Shown: positions 7,616 to 16,383 of the stretch, in pieces
How the letters are laid out: every line of letters starts with the position of its first letter
How positions within the stretch are numbered: position 1 is the first letter of the stretch
Assembly (NCBI GenBank): GCA_022843645.1
Contig: JALHNF010000001.1
Coordinates: 1 to 38,578, forward strand
Direction of reading: 5' to 3'
From: Minisyncoccota bacterium
GTDB lineage: Bacteria > Patescibacteriota > Minisyncoccia > Phycocordibacterales > UBA5272
DNA: 38,578 nucleotides
The notes under the pieces: generated by a model
The model's database searches: none
What the model was told of the DNA's origin: nothing
Seen by the model: the letters and a program-made list of their open reading frames with translations, nothing else
Translations under genes and position numbers: made by a program

Positions 7616-8590
7616 ATGTTCCAAAGGTTTCTTTTGGCTACACTCATCATCTCAATGACAAGTATTGGGATTGTGGGCGCTGCAACATACTACGGGAAAA
7701 AAACCGTGTCAGTATCTTCTTATGGTAATGAAGAAAACCACGCTATCTCTTTTTCGGAGGGGGCACAAGAATACATACCTACCTTTTTCGTATCTTTTCC
7801 TGAGACGGTAATAGATGCAGATGGCGCATACATAGGAAAAGTTGATCTTTCCTCTGGTACCATCACCCCTTTGTATACAAAAAATGAAAAGCAGAAGCTT
7901 CCGATCGCGAGTATCTCAAAGCTTATGACGGCGTATGTAGCTCTTCAAGGGAGAAGTTTGAATAGTACGTTTATCATCACTGACTGGGCAATATCGGGAC
8001 CATGGCCATCTCATAAATTCACTGCCGGAGATGTGTACTCTTTGCGGGAACTTCTAGAAGCGACGCTCGTAGAATCAAACAACGATGCTGCGCGTGTGCT
8101 CGCTGCAAGTATAGGTGAAAAAAACTTTGTACAAAAAATGAATCTTGCTGCAGCTGCTTTTGCTTTGCCTGACACGAAGCTCTATTCATCTGATGGTACT
8201 GAAAGAAAAATCGCTGACACATGGGTTGAAAATACGTCTACACCAGAAGATATCGCACACCTTATTGTGAGCCTACACTCTGTTGCTCCAGAGCTTCTTC
8301 AGGTGACTACAAAGCCCGCCGTGCTTATTTCTGACGTCACGGGAACAAAAACATTTACTGCATACTCCACAAATAGACTGATGGAATATTTTGGAAATGA
8401 ATTTACCCTCCTTGGCGGGAAGACGGGCACATCTGATTCAGAACGCAGACATCTCGTTATCCTTTTTGAAGATGCGCAAGGTGATGCATACGTAGCTGTT
8501 GTTCTTCAGTCTAAAGACAGTTTCAAAGACATGGCGACACTTCTTTCATCTGTCCGAGAGTATACACAAAGCTTGTATGCTAAAAATTAA
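7616..8590 (+). CDS. D-alanyl-D-alanine carboxypeptidase (peptidase S11, PBP5/6-like)
   Basis: All three motifs are present: SxxK (PIASISKLMTA), SxN (ESNNDAA) and KTG (GGKTGTS). N-terminal TM/signal FLLATLIISMTSIGIVGA. The track start is GTG 7589; ATG 7616 is preceded by TATACT (7601-7606). Confidence 0.8.
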   Translation: MFQRFLLATLIISMTSIGIVGAATYYGKKTVSVSSYGNEENHAISFSEGAQEYIPTFFVSFPETVIDADGAYIGKVDLSSGTITPLYTKNEKQKLPIASISKLMTAYVALQGRSLNSTFIITDWAISGPWPSHKFTAGDVYSLRELLEATLVESNNDAARVLAASIGEKNFVQKMNLAAAAFALPDTKLYSSDGTERKIADTWVENTSTPEDIAHLIVSLHSVAPELLQVTTKPAVLISDVTGTKTFTAYSTNRLMEYFGNEFTLLGGKTGTSDSERRHLVILFEDAQGDAYVAVVLQSKDSFKDMATLLSSVREYTQSLYAKN

Positions 8591-9092
8591 TCTGTTCCTT
8601 AAGGAGTTTCTCAAAAGACAATCTTGGGTAACTATTGGAATAACACTTCTTGTTTTTTATGCGATCGGGATTATTGCGCTTCGTTTTGCAACCATCGTGA
8701 GTCTCCTAGAGCAATTTCCATTATCGGAATCCGCCAAACTTGTAGCACTTGTCTTTGTGCGCCCACTTGATGCATTTACACTTGGAAACTTTGTTCTTTT
8801 TCTTGTGTCTGGGTTTTTATTCGGCTCTCAGATAGTTGCTTTACGGCTATACGTCAAGAAGCGCTTTTTCAACTCACATCACAGTCTCGGTTTTGTTGGT
8901 ATGCTAGGCACACTGTTTGGTTGTTTAGCGTGTTGCGGGTCAATTATTGTTGTCACATTCATTGGGGCACTCGGTGTTTCTTTGGGGACACTGCCATTTA
9001 ATGGCCAAGAAATAGCTTTTGTTGGCATTGCCGTCTCTTTACTTGCACTTCTTTATACCGTCAAAAAGATAGACGACCCACTTGTGTGTTAG
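8577..9092 (+). CDS. hypothetical polytopic membrane protein with CxxCC motif
   Basis: Four to five hydrophobic segments and GCLACCGS inside a TM segment. ATG 8577 overlaps the upstream stop by 14 nt. The track start 8499 would overlap the carboxypeptidase by 92 nt. Confidence 0.55.
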   Translation: MLKINLFLKEFLKRQSWVTIGITLLVFYAIGIIALRFATIVSLLEQFPLSESAKLVALVFVRPLDAFTLGNFVLFLVSGFLFGSQIVALRLYVKKRFFNSHHSLGFVGMLGTLFGCLACCGSIIVVTFIGALGVSLGTLPFNGQEIAFVGIAVSLLALLYTVKKIDDPLVC

Positions 9093-9094
9093 GC

Positions 9095-9122
9095 TTGACT
9101 ATCTATACATGTGTGCTACTGT
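9095..9122 (+). promoter_or_regulatory. sigma70-type promoter TTGACT-16-TACTGT
   Basis: TTGACT 9095-9100, 16-nt spacer, TACTGT 9117-9122. Followed by a ~35-40 nt leader and AAGGAGG at 9156-9162. Confidence 0.45.
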
Positions 9123-9167
9123 GAGAATAGAAGAGCTCTTTACTTCGACAGGCAAAAGGAGGTCTGT

Positions 9168-9767
9168 GTGGAAATTTCCATCGTTCTTAGCACGTTGGCT
9201 GGGCTAGGATTTTGTCTAGCTTATCTGGAATATAATCGCGTTGTCATCACAGGAAAAACGAAGCCTAACGGCGCGGCTTGGGCAATCTGGTCGGCAATTG
9301 CCGTGGTAAGTACAGGAAGTTACATCGCGGTATCTGAAGACTTCTGGAAAAGCTTGCTTCCTATCTTGAACATCATGCTGTGCATTGGGACATTTGTCCT
9401 GGCGCTCATCGCAGGCAAGTTCAAGAGGCTCGACGTTACAGATTGGATTGCTCTTGGCATAGGTCTCACCGCGGTGGTTGTTTGGGGAGCCTATAAATCT
9501 GCCACATATGCAAACCTGATCGTCCAAGTTGCCATCGCGGTTGGATTTATCCCCATCTGGCGAGCGGTGTGGAAGAATCCGTCATGTGAACATTCTCGCC
9601 CTTGGTTGATTTGGGTTGTGTCCTACTTGGTGTCTCTTATTGTAGTCACGCTGAGATGGAAGGGTCAATGGATTGACCTTGTCTATCCAATCAACTGCGT
9701 CTTGCTCCATGCCTCAGTACCTATTTTGTGCTCACTAAGAGCAAAAGCAAGGATTGAAGTGACATAA
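9168..9767 (+). CDS. hypothetical 6-TM membrane protein (higher G+C, SD-led)
   Basis: GTG 9168 lies 5 nt after AAGGAGG (9156-9162). Hydrophobic throughout. A sampled line (9241-9300) is 53% G+C. The track start GTG 9111 adds a non-hydrophobic Cys-rich extension and lacks an RBS. Confidence 0.6.
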   Translation: MEISIVLSTLAGLGFCLAYLEYNRVVITGKTKPNGAAWAIWSAIAVVSTGSYIAVSEDFWKSLLPILNIMLCIGTFVLALIAGKFKRLDVTDWIALGIGLTAVVVWGAYKSATYANLIVQVAIAVGFIPIWRAVWKNPSCEHSRPWLIWVVSYLVSLIVVTLRWKGQWIDLVYPINCVLLHASVPILCSLRAKARIEVT

Positions 9768-9768
9768 T

Positions 9769-9818
9769 AACCCACTACTCGGACAGAAACCCTCTGCTTC
9801 GGTGGTGGGTTTTCTGTT
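9769..9818 (+). terminator. probable intrinsic terminator
   Basis: AACCCACTACT (9769-9779) pairs with GGTGGTGGGTT (9801-9811) including two G-U pairs. An inner CAGA/TCTG helix is present, followed by TTTTCTGTT. Confidence 0.45.
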
Positions 9819-9850
9819 GCATTTTCATTTAACAAAATGAGGAAATATTG

Positions 9851-9856
9851 TATTAT
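9851..9856 (+). promoter_or_regulatory. -10 box TATTAT 6 nt upstream of ATG 9863 (leaderless-type)
   Basis: TATTAT at 9851-9856, a 6-nt gap, then ATG. No SD. Confidence 0.4.
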
Positions 9857-9862
9857 TTAAGC

Positions 9863-10663
9863 ATGCTTAATTTTCTTAAAACTCTTGGACTCTTAGCAAT
9901 TGGACTTCTTGTCATTGCAATCATTGCATGGTTTGTCTTTCCTGCTTCTCAAAAAGCAGTTGATAGCATTGCAAACACAGATGTGGCGCCGAAGCGTACG
10001 CTCGGAGAAATATTTGTGCGGGATTTTTTAGGAATTCCAAAATGTGGCATTCTTGGCGGCGGGTGTGACGCTCGAAATACAGATCCTTCTTCTGAGACGC
10101 AAATATTTTCTAATCCAGATATAAAAACCGTTGAGCCATATTCAGGGAGTACAGTAAAAAATCAGATGCTCATAGAGGGTGTGGCGCGAGCATCTTGGTT
10201 TAGCCAAGGTGTTGCGCCTGGAGAAGTTCGCAATGAACGAGGGGAAAAAGTTGGTGCGTTCATAATCAAGAAGGCTACTTCCACTATTCCTACACCTTCA
10301 AACTCATTTGTGTCATACACCGGCACTTTGCAATATGGAGATCCTGACACAAAAACAGGATATATTATTTTTAAACGTGGAACTGGAACTACAACCAACG
10401 CTACTTTGTCAGTACCGGTGCGATTTTATGAAACAAACACAAATTCGCAATCGTTTCTTACACCACCCCCTGTTGCATCAGAATGTCGAAAAACCGGATG
10501 TAGTGGGCAGATTTGTGCAGACCAGGAAATCATGACGACATGTGAGTTTCGCACGGAATACGCATGTTACCAAAACGCAAAATGTGAACGTCAGCCAAAT
10601 GGCACATGTGGATTCACTCCGACAAGTGAGCTCACAGGCTGTCTTGCAGGTACATCTAATTAA
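9863..10663 (+). CDS. secreted/anchored protein with Gmad2-like Ig domain and C-terminal eight-cysteine cluster
   Basis: N-terminal anchor LKTLGLLAIGLLVIAIIAWFV. IEGVARASWFSQGVAPGEVRNERGEKVG resembles the Gmad2 pattern. The C-terminal 60 aa contain exactly 8 Cys (CRKTGCSGQIC...TTCEF...ACYQNAKCERQPNGTCGF...GCL). Confidence 0.65.
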   Translation: MLNFLKTLGLLAIGLLVIAIIAWFVFPASQKAVDSIANTDVAPKRTLGEIFVRDFLGIPKCGILGGGCDARNTDPSSETQIFSNPDIKTVEPYSGSTVKNQMLIEGVARASWFSQGVAPGEVRNERGEKVGAFIIKKATSTIPTPSNSFVSYTGTLQYGDPDTKTGYIIFKRGTGTTTNATLSVPVRFYETNTNSQSFLTPPPVASECRKTGCSGQICADQEIMTTCEFRTEYACYQNAKCERQPNGTCGFTPTSELTGCLAGTSN

Positions 10664-10668
10664 GCGCG

Positions 10669-11706
10669 ATGTCTATGTATAAAGTCGCAGGTCTTATCCT
10701 TGCCTTTTTACTATTATGTATTTTCTTTCTATATCAAGAGTATCAACCCAAAACAGTTTTTCCTAATCAAGAATTCCAAGAAAGGATCGCAATCCCAGAG
10801 AAGAAAGACGTTATGGATATTCTCATATTTGGCGACGTCATGCTAGATAGGGCGGTGCGTGAATATATACATCAAAATACAACGCAATCTTTATTTAAAA
10901 ATGTCTCCTCAGAAATAGACAAAGCAGATATCACGCTTATTAATTTAGAGGGCCCAATCACAAAGAATCATTCTGTTGTTACAAAAACAAACTTTCAGTT
11001 TACGTTTGCTACTCATACGGCACAGGATCTTTCAGACATCGGTATAGATGTGGTGAGTCTCTCCAACAACCATGCGCATAATTTCGGTAGACAAGGACTT
11101 CTTGAGACAAAAGAATACCTCACTAATGCCGGTGTAGCTTTTTTTGGCGATCCATATAATAAAGCTGGTACAACATATACGCACACAAAAGGTAAAACAA
11201 ATGTTTCGTTTATTGGTTTCCACCAATTCGAGGCGTACGATATCAGTGTTTTGCTAGAAGAAATACGAGAACTCAAAAAACAAAATCATTTTATTGTTTT
11301 TTATCCACATTGGGGGGAGGAATACAAACTGAAAGCAAATGCCACACAAGAAGGCATTGCTAAGGAAGTACTCGCGGCAGGTGTGGATATTGTGATAGGT
11401 GCCCATCCGCACGTCATACAAAATGTTTCGTTATTACAAAACAAATTAGCATTTTACTCGCTTGGCAATTTCATTTTTGATCAGTGGTTCTCGAAAGATG
11501 TTCAGTACGGACTCGCCCTTAAACTGTCGCTTGAAAATAATGTTCTAAACAAAGTTGAGCTTAAGCCGTTTTTCAGAGAAAGGTTTGAGCCTGTATTTTT
11601 GAGCGGTGAAGAAAAAGATACATGGTGTGAAGCATACCTAAAAGTATCTCTCATGGCGCCAAATACCCAGTCTCCTTGTATAATTGAAATGAATCGAAAT
11701 GAATAA
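10669..11706 (+). CDS. CapA/PGA_cap family metallophosphatase-like protein
   Basis: ILIFGDVMLDR, LINLEGPIT, VVSLSNNHAHNFG, HWGEEY, GVDIVIGAHPHVIQ and YSLGNFIFDQ, in the family-typical order. N-terminal TM segment. Confidence 0.8.
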   Translation: MSMYKVAGLILAFLLLCIFFLYQEYQPKTVFPNQEFQERIAIPEKKDVMDILIFGDVMLDRAVREYIHQNTTQSLFKNVSSEIDKADITLINLEGPITKNHSVVTKTNFQFTFATHTAQDLSDIGIDVVSLSNNHAHNFGRQGLLETKEYLTNAGVAFFGDPYNKAGTTYTHTKGKTNVSFIGFHQFEAYDISVLLEEIRELKKQNHFIVFYPHWGEEYKLKANATQEGIAKEVLAAGVDIVIGAHPHVIQNVSLLQNKLAFYSLGNFIFDQWFSKDVQYGLALKLSLENNVLNKVELKPFFRERFEPVFLSGEEKDTWCEAYLKVSLMAPNTQSPCIIEMNRNE

Positions 11707-13081
11707 AACAGAATTACTCTTAAAACGCGTACGCACACTGCGGGATTTGCCATACAAAGAAGGTGGTATTGTATACTATTGTGTTCGGGACCAGAGAGTT
11801 GACCAGAATGCAGCTCTTTTGTTTGCTCAATCATTAGCAATTAAACATAAAACAACTCTCTCTGTCCTTTTTGTCCTTTATCCTGATTATCTTGGTGCCT
11901 GTGAGCGTCAATATGATTTTATGTTTCGTGGACTAGCAGAAATGGAGGAGTCGCTACGAAAACACAACATTCCTCTGGTAGTTCGTTTTGGTAAAGACGA
12001 GGAAGAACTTAACGCGTACATTAAGAAAGAACATGCCGGCGCTCTTGTCACTGATTTTTCGCCACTCAAAAGAAACAGGGAATGGAAAGACGTATGGGCA
12101 CGCGCCGCAGCAATACCTGTTTTTGAAGTGGACGCACGGAATATTGTCCCTGTTTGGATTGCTAGCAGCAAGCAAGAATACGGAGCGTATACATTACGGC
12201 CTAAACTGCAAAAACTAATTCCTGAGTATCTCCATCTGTTTCCGACAATAAAAAAAATGGAAGACTCAAACCTCGCGACACATAAACCAAACAATTGGGA
12301 GAAGATCGCTAAACATTTTACATACAAAAAAGAGCCTGCAAAAGTTGATTGGGTAACTCCGGGCGAAAAAGCTGGCTATAAGACGCTTGAGACATTTATC
12401 TCATCTCGCCTTCACGGCTATGCGTCAAAAAGAAACGATCCAAATGAAAGTGCACAATCAAACCTATCCCCATACATTACTTTTGGACAAATTTCACGTC
12501 ATAAAGTTGCGATTCTTGTACAAGAGTCCGGCGCACCGAAAGAAGACAAGGAGGCATTTCTAGAAGAACTCATTGTGCGTTCGGAGCTTGCGGAAAACTT
12601 TTGTTTTTACAATCCACACTATGACTCAGTACGCTCGTTTCCTGATTGGGCGCAAAAAACGTTAACGGCACATAAAGACGATGTGAGAGAGCATGTCTAC
12701 ACATTGTCACAATTTGAGCGTGCTCAAACACACGATGAACTGTGGAACGCTGCTCAGGAAGAGCTTCTACAGACTGGCAAAATGCATGGCTATATGAGAA
12801 TGTACTGGGCAAAAAAGATTCTTGAGTGGACAAAAAGTCCCGAAGACGCAATGAAAATAGCTATTTATCTCAATGACACATACGAACTTGATGGACGTGA
12901 GCCAAACGGCTATGCGGGTATTGCGTGGAGTATTGGTGGCGTACACGATCGAGCGTGGTTTCCTCGGCCTGTCTTTGGTACTATTCGTTTTATGAGTGTA
13001 GGTGGCGCTAGAACTAAATTCAATGTGGCAGAATATATAAAAAAGTGGACAGATAAAGAATATGAACAAAAAAGAAAATAA
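11699..13081 (+). CDS. phr: deoxyribodipyrimidine photolyase, class II type
   Basis: C-terminal FAD-binding region GKMHGYMRMYWAKKILEW...DGREPNGYAGIAWSIGGVHDRAW is typical of class II CPD photolyases. The N-terminal alpha/beta domain is present. Confidence 0.8.
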   Translation: MNKTELLLKRVRTLRDLPYKEGGIVYYCVRDQRVDQNAALLFAQSLAIKHKTTLSVLFVLYPDYLGACERQYDFMFRGLAEMEESLRKHNIPLVVRFGKDEEELNAYIKKEHAGALVTDFSPLKRNREWKDVWARAAAIPVFEVDARNIVPVWIASSKQEYGAYTLRPKLQKLIPEYLHLFPTIKKMEDSNLATHKPNNWEKIAKHFTYKKEPAKVDWVTPGEKAGYKTLETFISSRLHGYASKRNDPNESAQSNLSPYITFGQISRHKVAILVQESGAPKEDKEAFLEELIVRSELAENFCFYNPHYDSVRSFPDWAQKTLTAHKDDVREHVYTLSQFERAQTHDELWNAAQEELLQTGKMHGYMRMYWAKKILEWTKSPEDAMKIAIYLNDTYELDGREPNGYAGIAWSIGGVHDRAWFPRPVFGTIRFMSVGGARTKFNVAEYIKKWTDKEYEQKRK

Positions 13082-13844
13082 AGTCCCGAGACAAAAAACA
13101 GACTGGGAAAGTGTGTCACAGTGGTACATGAGGTATCTAGAAGAAGATGTGGATTCATATCACGCAAAAGTGATCATCCCAAATCTCTTAAGACTCCTTG
13201 GTAATGTACAAGGTAAAAAGATTATCGATCTTGGGTGTGGGGATGGAACTATAGGACATATCCTTGCAAACAAAGGGGCGCGTGTTGTGGGTGTTGATGG
13301 AAGCCAGACGTTAATTGCCCAGGCAAAAAAAGAAGCACAAGAAAATGAGACGTACATAGTCCAAGATGTGCGAAGAGGTCTACCAAAAGATTGTAAAGAA
13401 AGCGATATATGTGTGTCTGTGCTTGCAATCCAAAATATGGATATGATTCACACCGTATTTGATAGTGTCAGTAAAAACCTTATCTCGAAAGGGAGTTTAC
13501 ATATCGTGACACTTCATCCAGGTTTTAGAATACCGAAAGAGAGCGACTGGCATTTCGATCCCAAAACAAAAAAACAAGGCCGTCTGATATTTACCTATAT
13601 GTCTGAGACAAAAGTTTATATATCTCAAAATCCAAGTAAGCAAAATTCTGTGAAATCTGTTACTTTTCATAGACCACTTCAGGTATATAGCAAAAATCTT
13701 TACAATAGCGGTTTTGTCATTAAACGAATCGAGGAATGGTGTTCGCATAAAGAAAGTGAACAGGGTAGACGCAAAACAGCAGAGGATAGAGCTCGTCAAG
13801 AGATACCTATGTTTTTGTATATCGAGGCTGTCCGTGTACAATAG
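13062..13844 (+). CDS. class I SAM-dependent methyltransferase
   Basis: Motif I KKIIDLGCGDGTIGHILANKGARVVGVDGS. Overlaps the photolyase stop by 20 nt; the alternative ATG is 13128. Confidence 0.7.
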   Translation: MNKKENKVPRQKTDWESVSQWYMRYLEEDVDSYHAKVIIPNLLRLLGNVQGKKIIDLGCGDGTIGHILANKGARVVGVDGSQTLIAQAKKEAQENETYIVQDVRRGLPKDCKESDICVSVLAIQNMDMIHTVFDSVSKNLISKGSLHIVTLHPGFRIPKESDWHFDPKTKKQGRLIFTYMSETKVYISQNPSKQNSVKSVTFHRPLQVYSKNLYNSGFVIKRIEEWCSHKESEQGRRKTAEDRARQEIPMFLYIEAVRVQ

Positions 13845-13850
13845 CTATAT

Positions 13851-14459
13851 ATGAAAACAATGCTTATTGGAATTGTTGTGATCGCAGCGGGCTTTTTTGG
13901 GCTTGTGTGGTTTGGTGGCACTAAACCATCTGAAAATAATGGGGAAATTGGCACATATGTGTCATACACAAAAGGACCACAAACGGCGAAGGTTAAAATC
14001 ACTGAATACGCAGACCTAGAGTGCCCTGCGTGCGCCGCTATGCACCCAATTATCGATGACTTGCTTGCGAAGTATCCAAATGATATCGAGCTTACCTTCA
14101 AACATTTTCCACTTGCAACTATTCACCCCAATGCACTTCCTGCGGCAAAAGCTGCAGAGGCAGCGGGTATTCAAGGTAAATTTTTTGAAATGCTTGATCT
14201 CATGTTCACAAACCAAGGAGAGTGGTCAAAAAACTCAAATGAAGATGAGGTATTCACTCGATATGCCACAGAGCTTGGGCTTGATGTAGAAAAATTTAAA
14301 GCCGACATCAAAGATGCAACAATTGCAGCAAAAATAAAATCAAACTACGCCGAAGGCGTATCTCTTTCAGTGCGTGGTACTCCAACGTTCTTCATAAACG
14401 GCACAAAACTTGAGAACAATGCTCTCCTCATCTCTTCTGTTGAGGCCTTACTTAAGTAA
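13851..14459 (+). CDS. DsbA-family thiol:disulfide oxidoreductase, membrane-anchored
   Basis: N-terminal TM segment, thioredoxin-fold active site ECPACAAMHP (CPAC), and a C-terminal RGTPTFFING cis-Pro-loop region. Confidence 0.8.
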   Translation: MKTMLIGIVVIAAGFFGLVWFGGTKPSENNGEIGTYVSYTKGPQTAKVKITEYADLECPACAAMHPIIDDLLAKYPNDIELTFKHFPLATIHPNALPAAKAAEAAGIQGKFFEMLDLMFTNQGEWSKNSNEDEVFTRYATELGLDVEKFKADIKDATIAAKIKSNYAEGVSLSVRGTPTFFINGTKLENNALLISSVEALLK

Positions 14460-14473
14460 TAGACACTTCTATT

Positions 14474-14716
14474 ATGATTAAAGAATTTTTTCTTAAAAAA
14501 CTTCTCGACTACAAACTAAAAAACGTTCCCGAAGAGCAAAAGAAGTTTATTATGACGATCATGGAAAAGAACCCTGAACTTTTCCAAAAGATTGCCAAAG
14601 AAATAGAACACAAAACAAAACAGGGTGAAGGACAGATGAAAGCCTCTATTGATGTCATGAAAAAATATCAGCACGAACTCCGCGAAGTGCTCGCGGGGAC
14701 TGATATTAAAATGTAG
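14474..14716 (+). CDS. small hypothetical protein (helical, K/E-rich)
   Basis: 80-aa ORF tightly packed between neighbours. No motif recognised. Confidence 0.4.
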   Translation: MIKEFFLKKLLDYKLKNVPEEQKKFIMTIMEKNPELFQKIAKEIEHKTKQGEGQMKASIDVMKKYQHELREVLAGTDIKM

Positions 14717-14719
14717 TCT

Positions 14720-15211
14720 ATGACTGGAGAAGAGTTGTGGCTGTACATTGGCCTTCTGTGTCTATCTCTTGGCTCTTCTATATTTTTTGTGCTTTCGGCT
14801 TTTTTTGTACCAATACTCAAGCTTCCGCAAGTATTGCGCAAAATACACGTACCATACTTTAATCGCCTGTACCAAGTCTACACCATAGGACTATTTCTTA
14901 TTGCGATAGGCTTTAGTATAACCACGGTTAATCAGTTTGAATTAATACGAGCGCTTGATTATATGGCGATAGCGCGTTTTTCCTTAAGTATTATTGCTCT
15001 TTTGTCCGGGTTTGCCATCACAAATGCATTCAAAAAACAAAAGCTTTCTCGAGGACTTATTGTGCTTTCGGGGGTTGTGTTTTCGACCGCGCTTTTTATC
15101 TTTTCAAAAGAAGCTACGCCGATGTATCTGGAATACCTATGGGTTATATTCTTGCTTGCGCTATTTTTTGTTCTACGTTACGTTGTACATATCTTTACTA
15201 AAAAGTTCTAA
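14720..15211 (+). CDS. hypothetical membrane protein
   Basis: 163 aa with 5 hydrophobic segments. The ATG is 3 nt after the upstream stop. Confidence 0.5.
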   Translation: MTGEELWLYIGLLCLSLGSSIFFVLSAFFVPILKLPQVLRKIHVPYFNRLYQVYTIGLFLIAIGFSITTVNQFELIRALDYMAIARFSLSIIALLSGFAITNAFKKQKLSRGLIVLSGVVFSTALFIFSKEATPMYLEYLWVIFLLALFFVLRYVVHIFTKKF

Positions 15212-15222
15212 CACATCTATAC

Positions 15223-16320
15223 ATGGGATTATCTATTGGAATCGTTGGTCTGCCGAATGTTGGGAAAAGTACACTCTTTAATGCGCTCACAAAAAAAGGT
15301 GTGCCGGCAGAAAATTACCCTTTCTGTACTATCGACCCATCTGTTGGAATTGTCGGCGTACCTGACGAGCGTCTCGAAGCACTCGCACGTATAAGTAACT
15401 CAAAAAAAGTCATTCCCGCTGCGATTGAATTCGTAGATATCGCAGGGCTGGTGAAAGGTGCAGCAAGTGGTGAAGGGCTCGGAAATCAATTCCTCTCTCA
15501 TATTCGAGAAACAGACGCAATAGGGCATGTGGTACGTATTTTTGAAGATGGGGGAGTCATACATGTTGACGGCAAAGTACAGCCTCTCTCTGACGTACAA
15601 ACGATTGAGCTTGAGCTTGCCCTTGCAGATCTACAGACAGTAGAAAAGCGTCTCCAAAACATCGGCCGTGATGCAAAAAGAGGCGACAAAGATGCGCTTC
15701 TCGAGCAATCAATTTTAGAAAAGATTCGCCCGCATCTAGACCAAGGAAAACGTGCGGGTACACTTTCATATACAGAGGAAGAGCTACGAGTACTGAAGTC
15801 GCTACAGCTACTTACCATGAAGCCAATGCTTTATATTTTGAATAAAAAAGCAGGTGCGTATAATCTCGATGAAAAGTCCGACCCTCGTTTTGAAGAATTA
15901 ATGGATTATATTGCAAGCACGGGCTCACTTGCGACGATTGTTGATGCAAAAATAGAAGACGAGCTCAAAGACTTCTCTTTAGATGAGCAAGTGGTATTTC
16001 GTGCAGAGCTCAAGGCTCACAAAGATGGTATCCCTGAGCTCATAAAAGGGGCGTATGCGCTCCTTGGACTTGAGACATTCTTGACCACAGGAGAAGCAGA
16101 AACACGTGCCTGGACTATCAGAAAAGGCTCCACAGCTCCTGTAGCCGGCATGGCGATACATACAGACTTTAAAGAAAAGTTTATTCGCGCTGAGGTTGTG
16201 GCTTATGAGGACTTAGTTGGATGTGGCTCATATGCTGTAGCGCGCACACAAGGTAAAGTCCGCACAGAGGGAAAGGAGTACATTGTGAAAGATGGAGATG
16301 TGATTGAGTTTAAGATATAA
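15223..16320 (+). CDS. ychF: redox-regulated ATPase YchF (Obg-like)
   Basis: G1 GIVGLPNVGKSTLFNALT, FCTIDP, DIAGLVKGAS. The C-terminal TGS-like end is DGDVIEFKI. Confidence 0.9.
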   Translation: MGLSIGIVGLPNVGKSTLFNALTKKGVPAENYPFCTIDPSVGIVGVPDERLEALARISNSKKVIPAAIEFVDIAGLVKGAASGEGLGNQFLSHIRETDAIGHVVRIFEDGGVIHVDGKVQPLSDVQTIELELALADLQTVEKRLQNIGRDAKRGDKDALLEQSILEKIRPHLDQGKRAGTLSYTEEELRVLKSLQLLTMKPMLYILNKKAGAYNLDEKSDPRFEELMDYIASTGSLATIVDAKIEDELKDFSLDEQVVFRAELKAHKDGIPELIKGAYALLGLETFLTTGEAETRAWTIRKGSTAPVAGMAIHTDFKEKFIRAEVVAYEDLVGCGSYAVARTQGKVRTEGKEYIVKDGDVIEFKI

Positions 16321-16324
16321 AAAA

Positions 16325-16356
16325 CAACAAAGCCGCAACGACTTTGTTGCTATTTT
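16325..16356 (+). terminator. intrinsic terminator after ychF
   Basis: CAACAAAG / CTTTGTTG 8-bp stem with a 9-nt loop (or the alternative GCAAC/GTTGC), followed by CTATTTT. Confidence 0.6.
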
Positions 16357-16383
16357 AAATCACCAGCATTCAAAACTTTTTGA

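Noticed and set aside
8499-8576. Track start for the CxxCC membrane protein, overlapping the carboxypeptidase by 92 nt.
   Set aside because: The overlapping part is non-hydrophobic. ATG 8577 begins right before the first TM segment and gives a typical 14-nt operon overlap.
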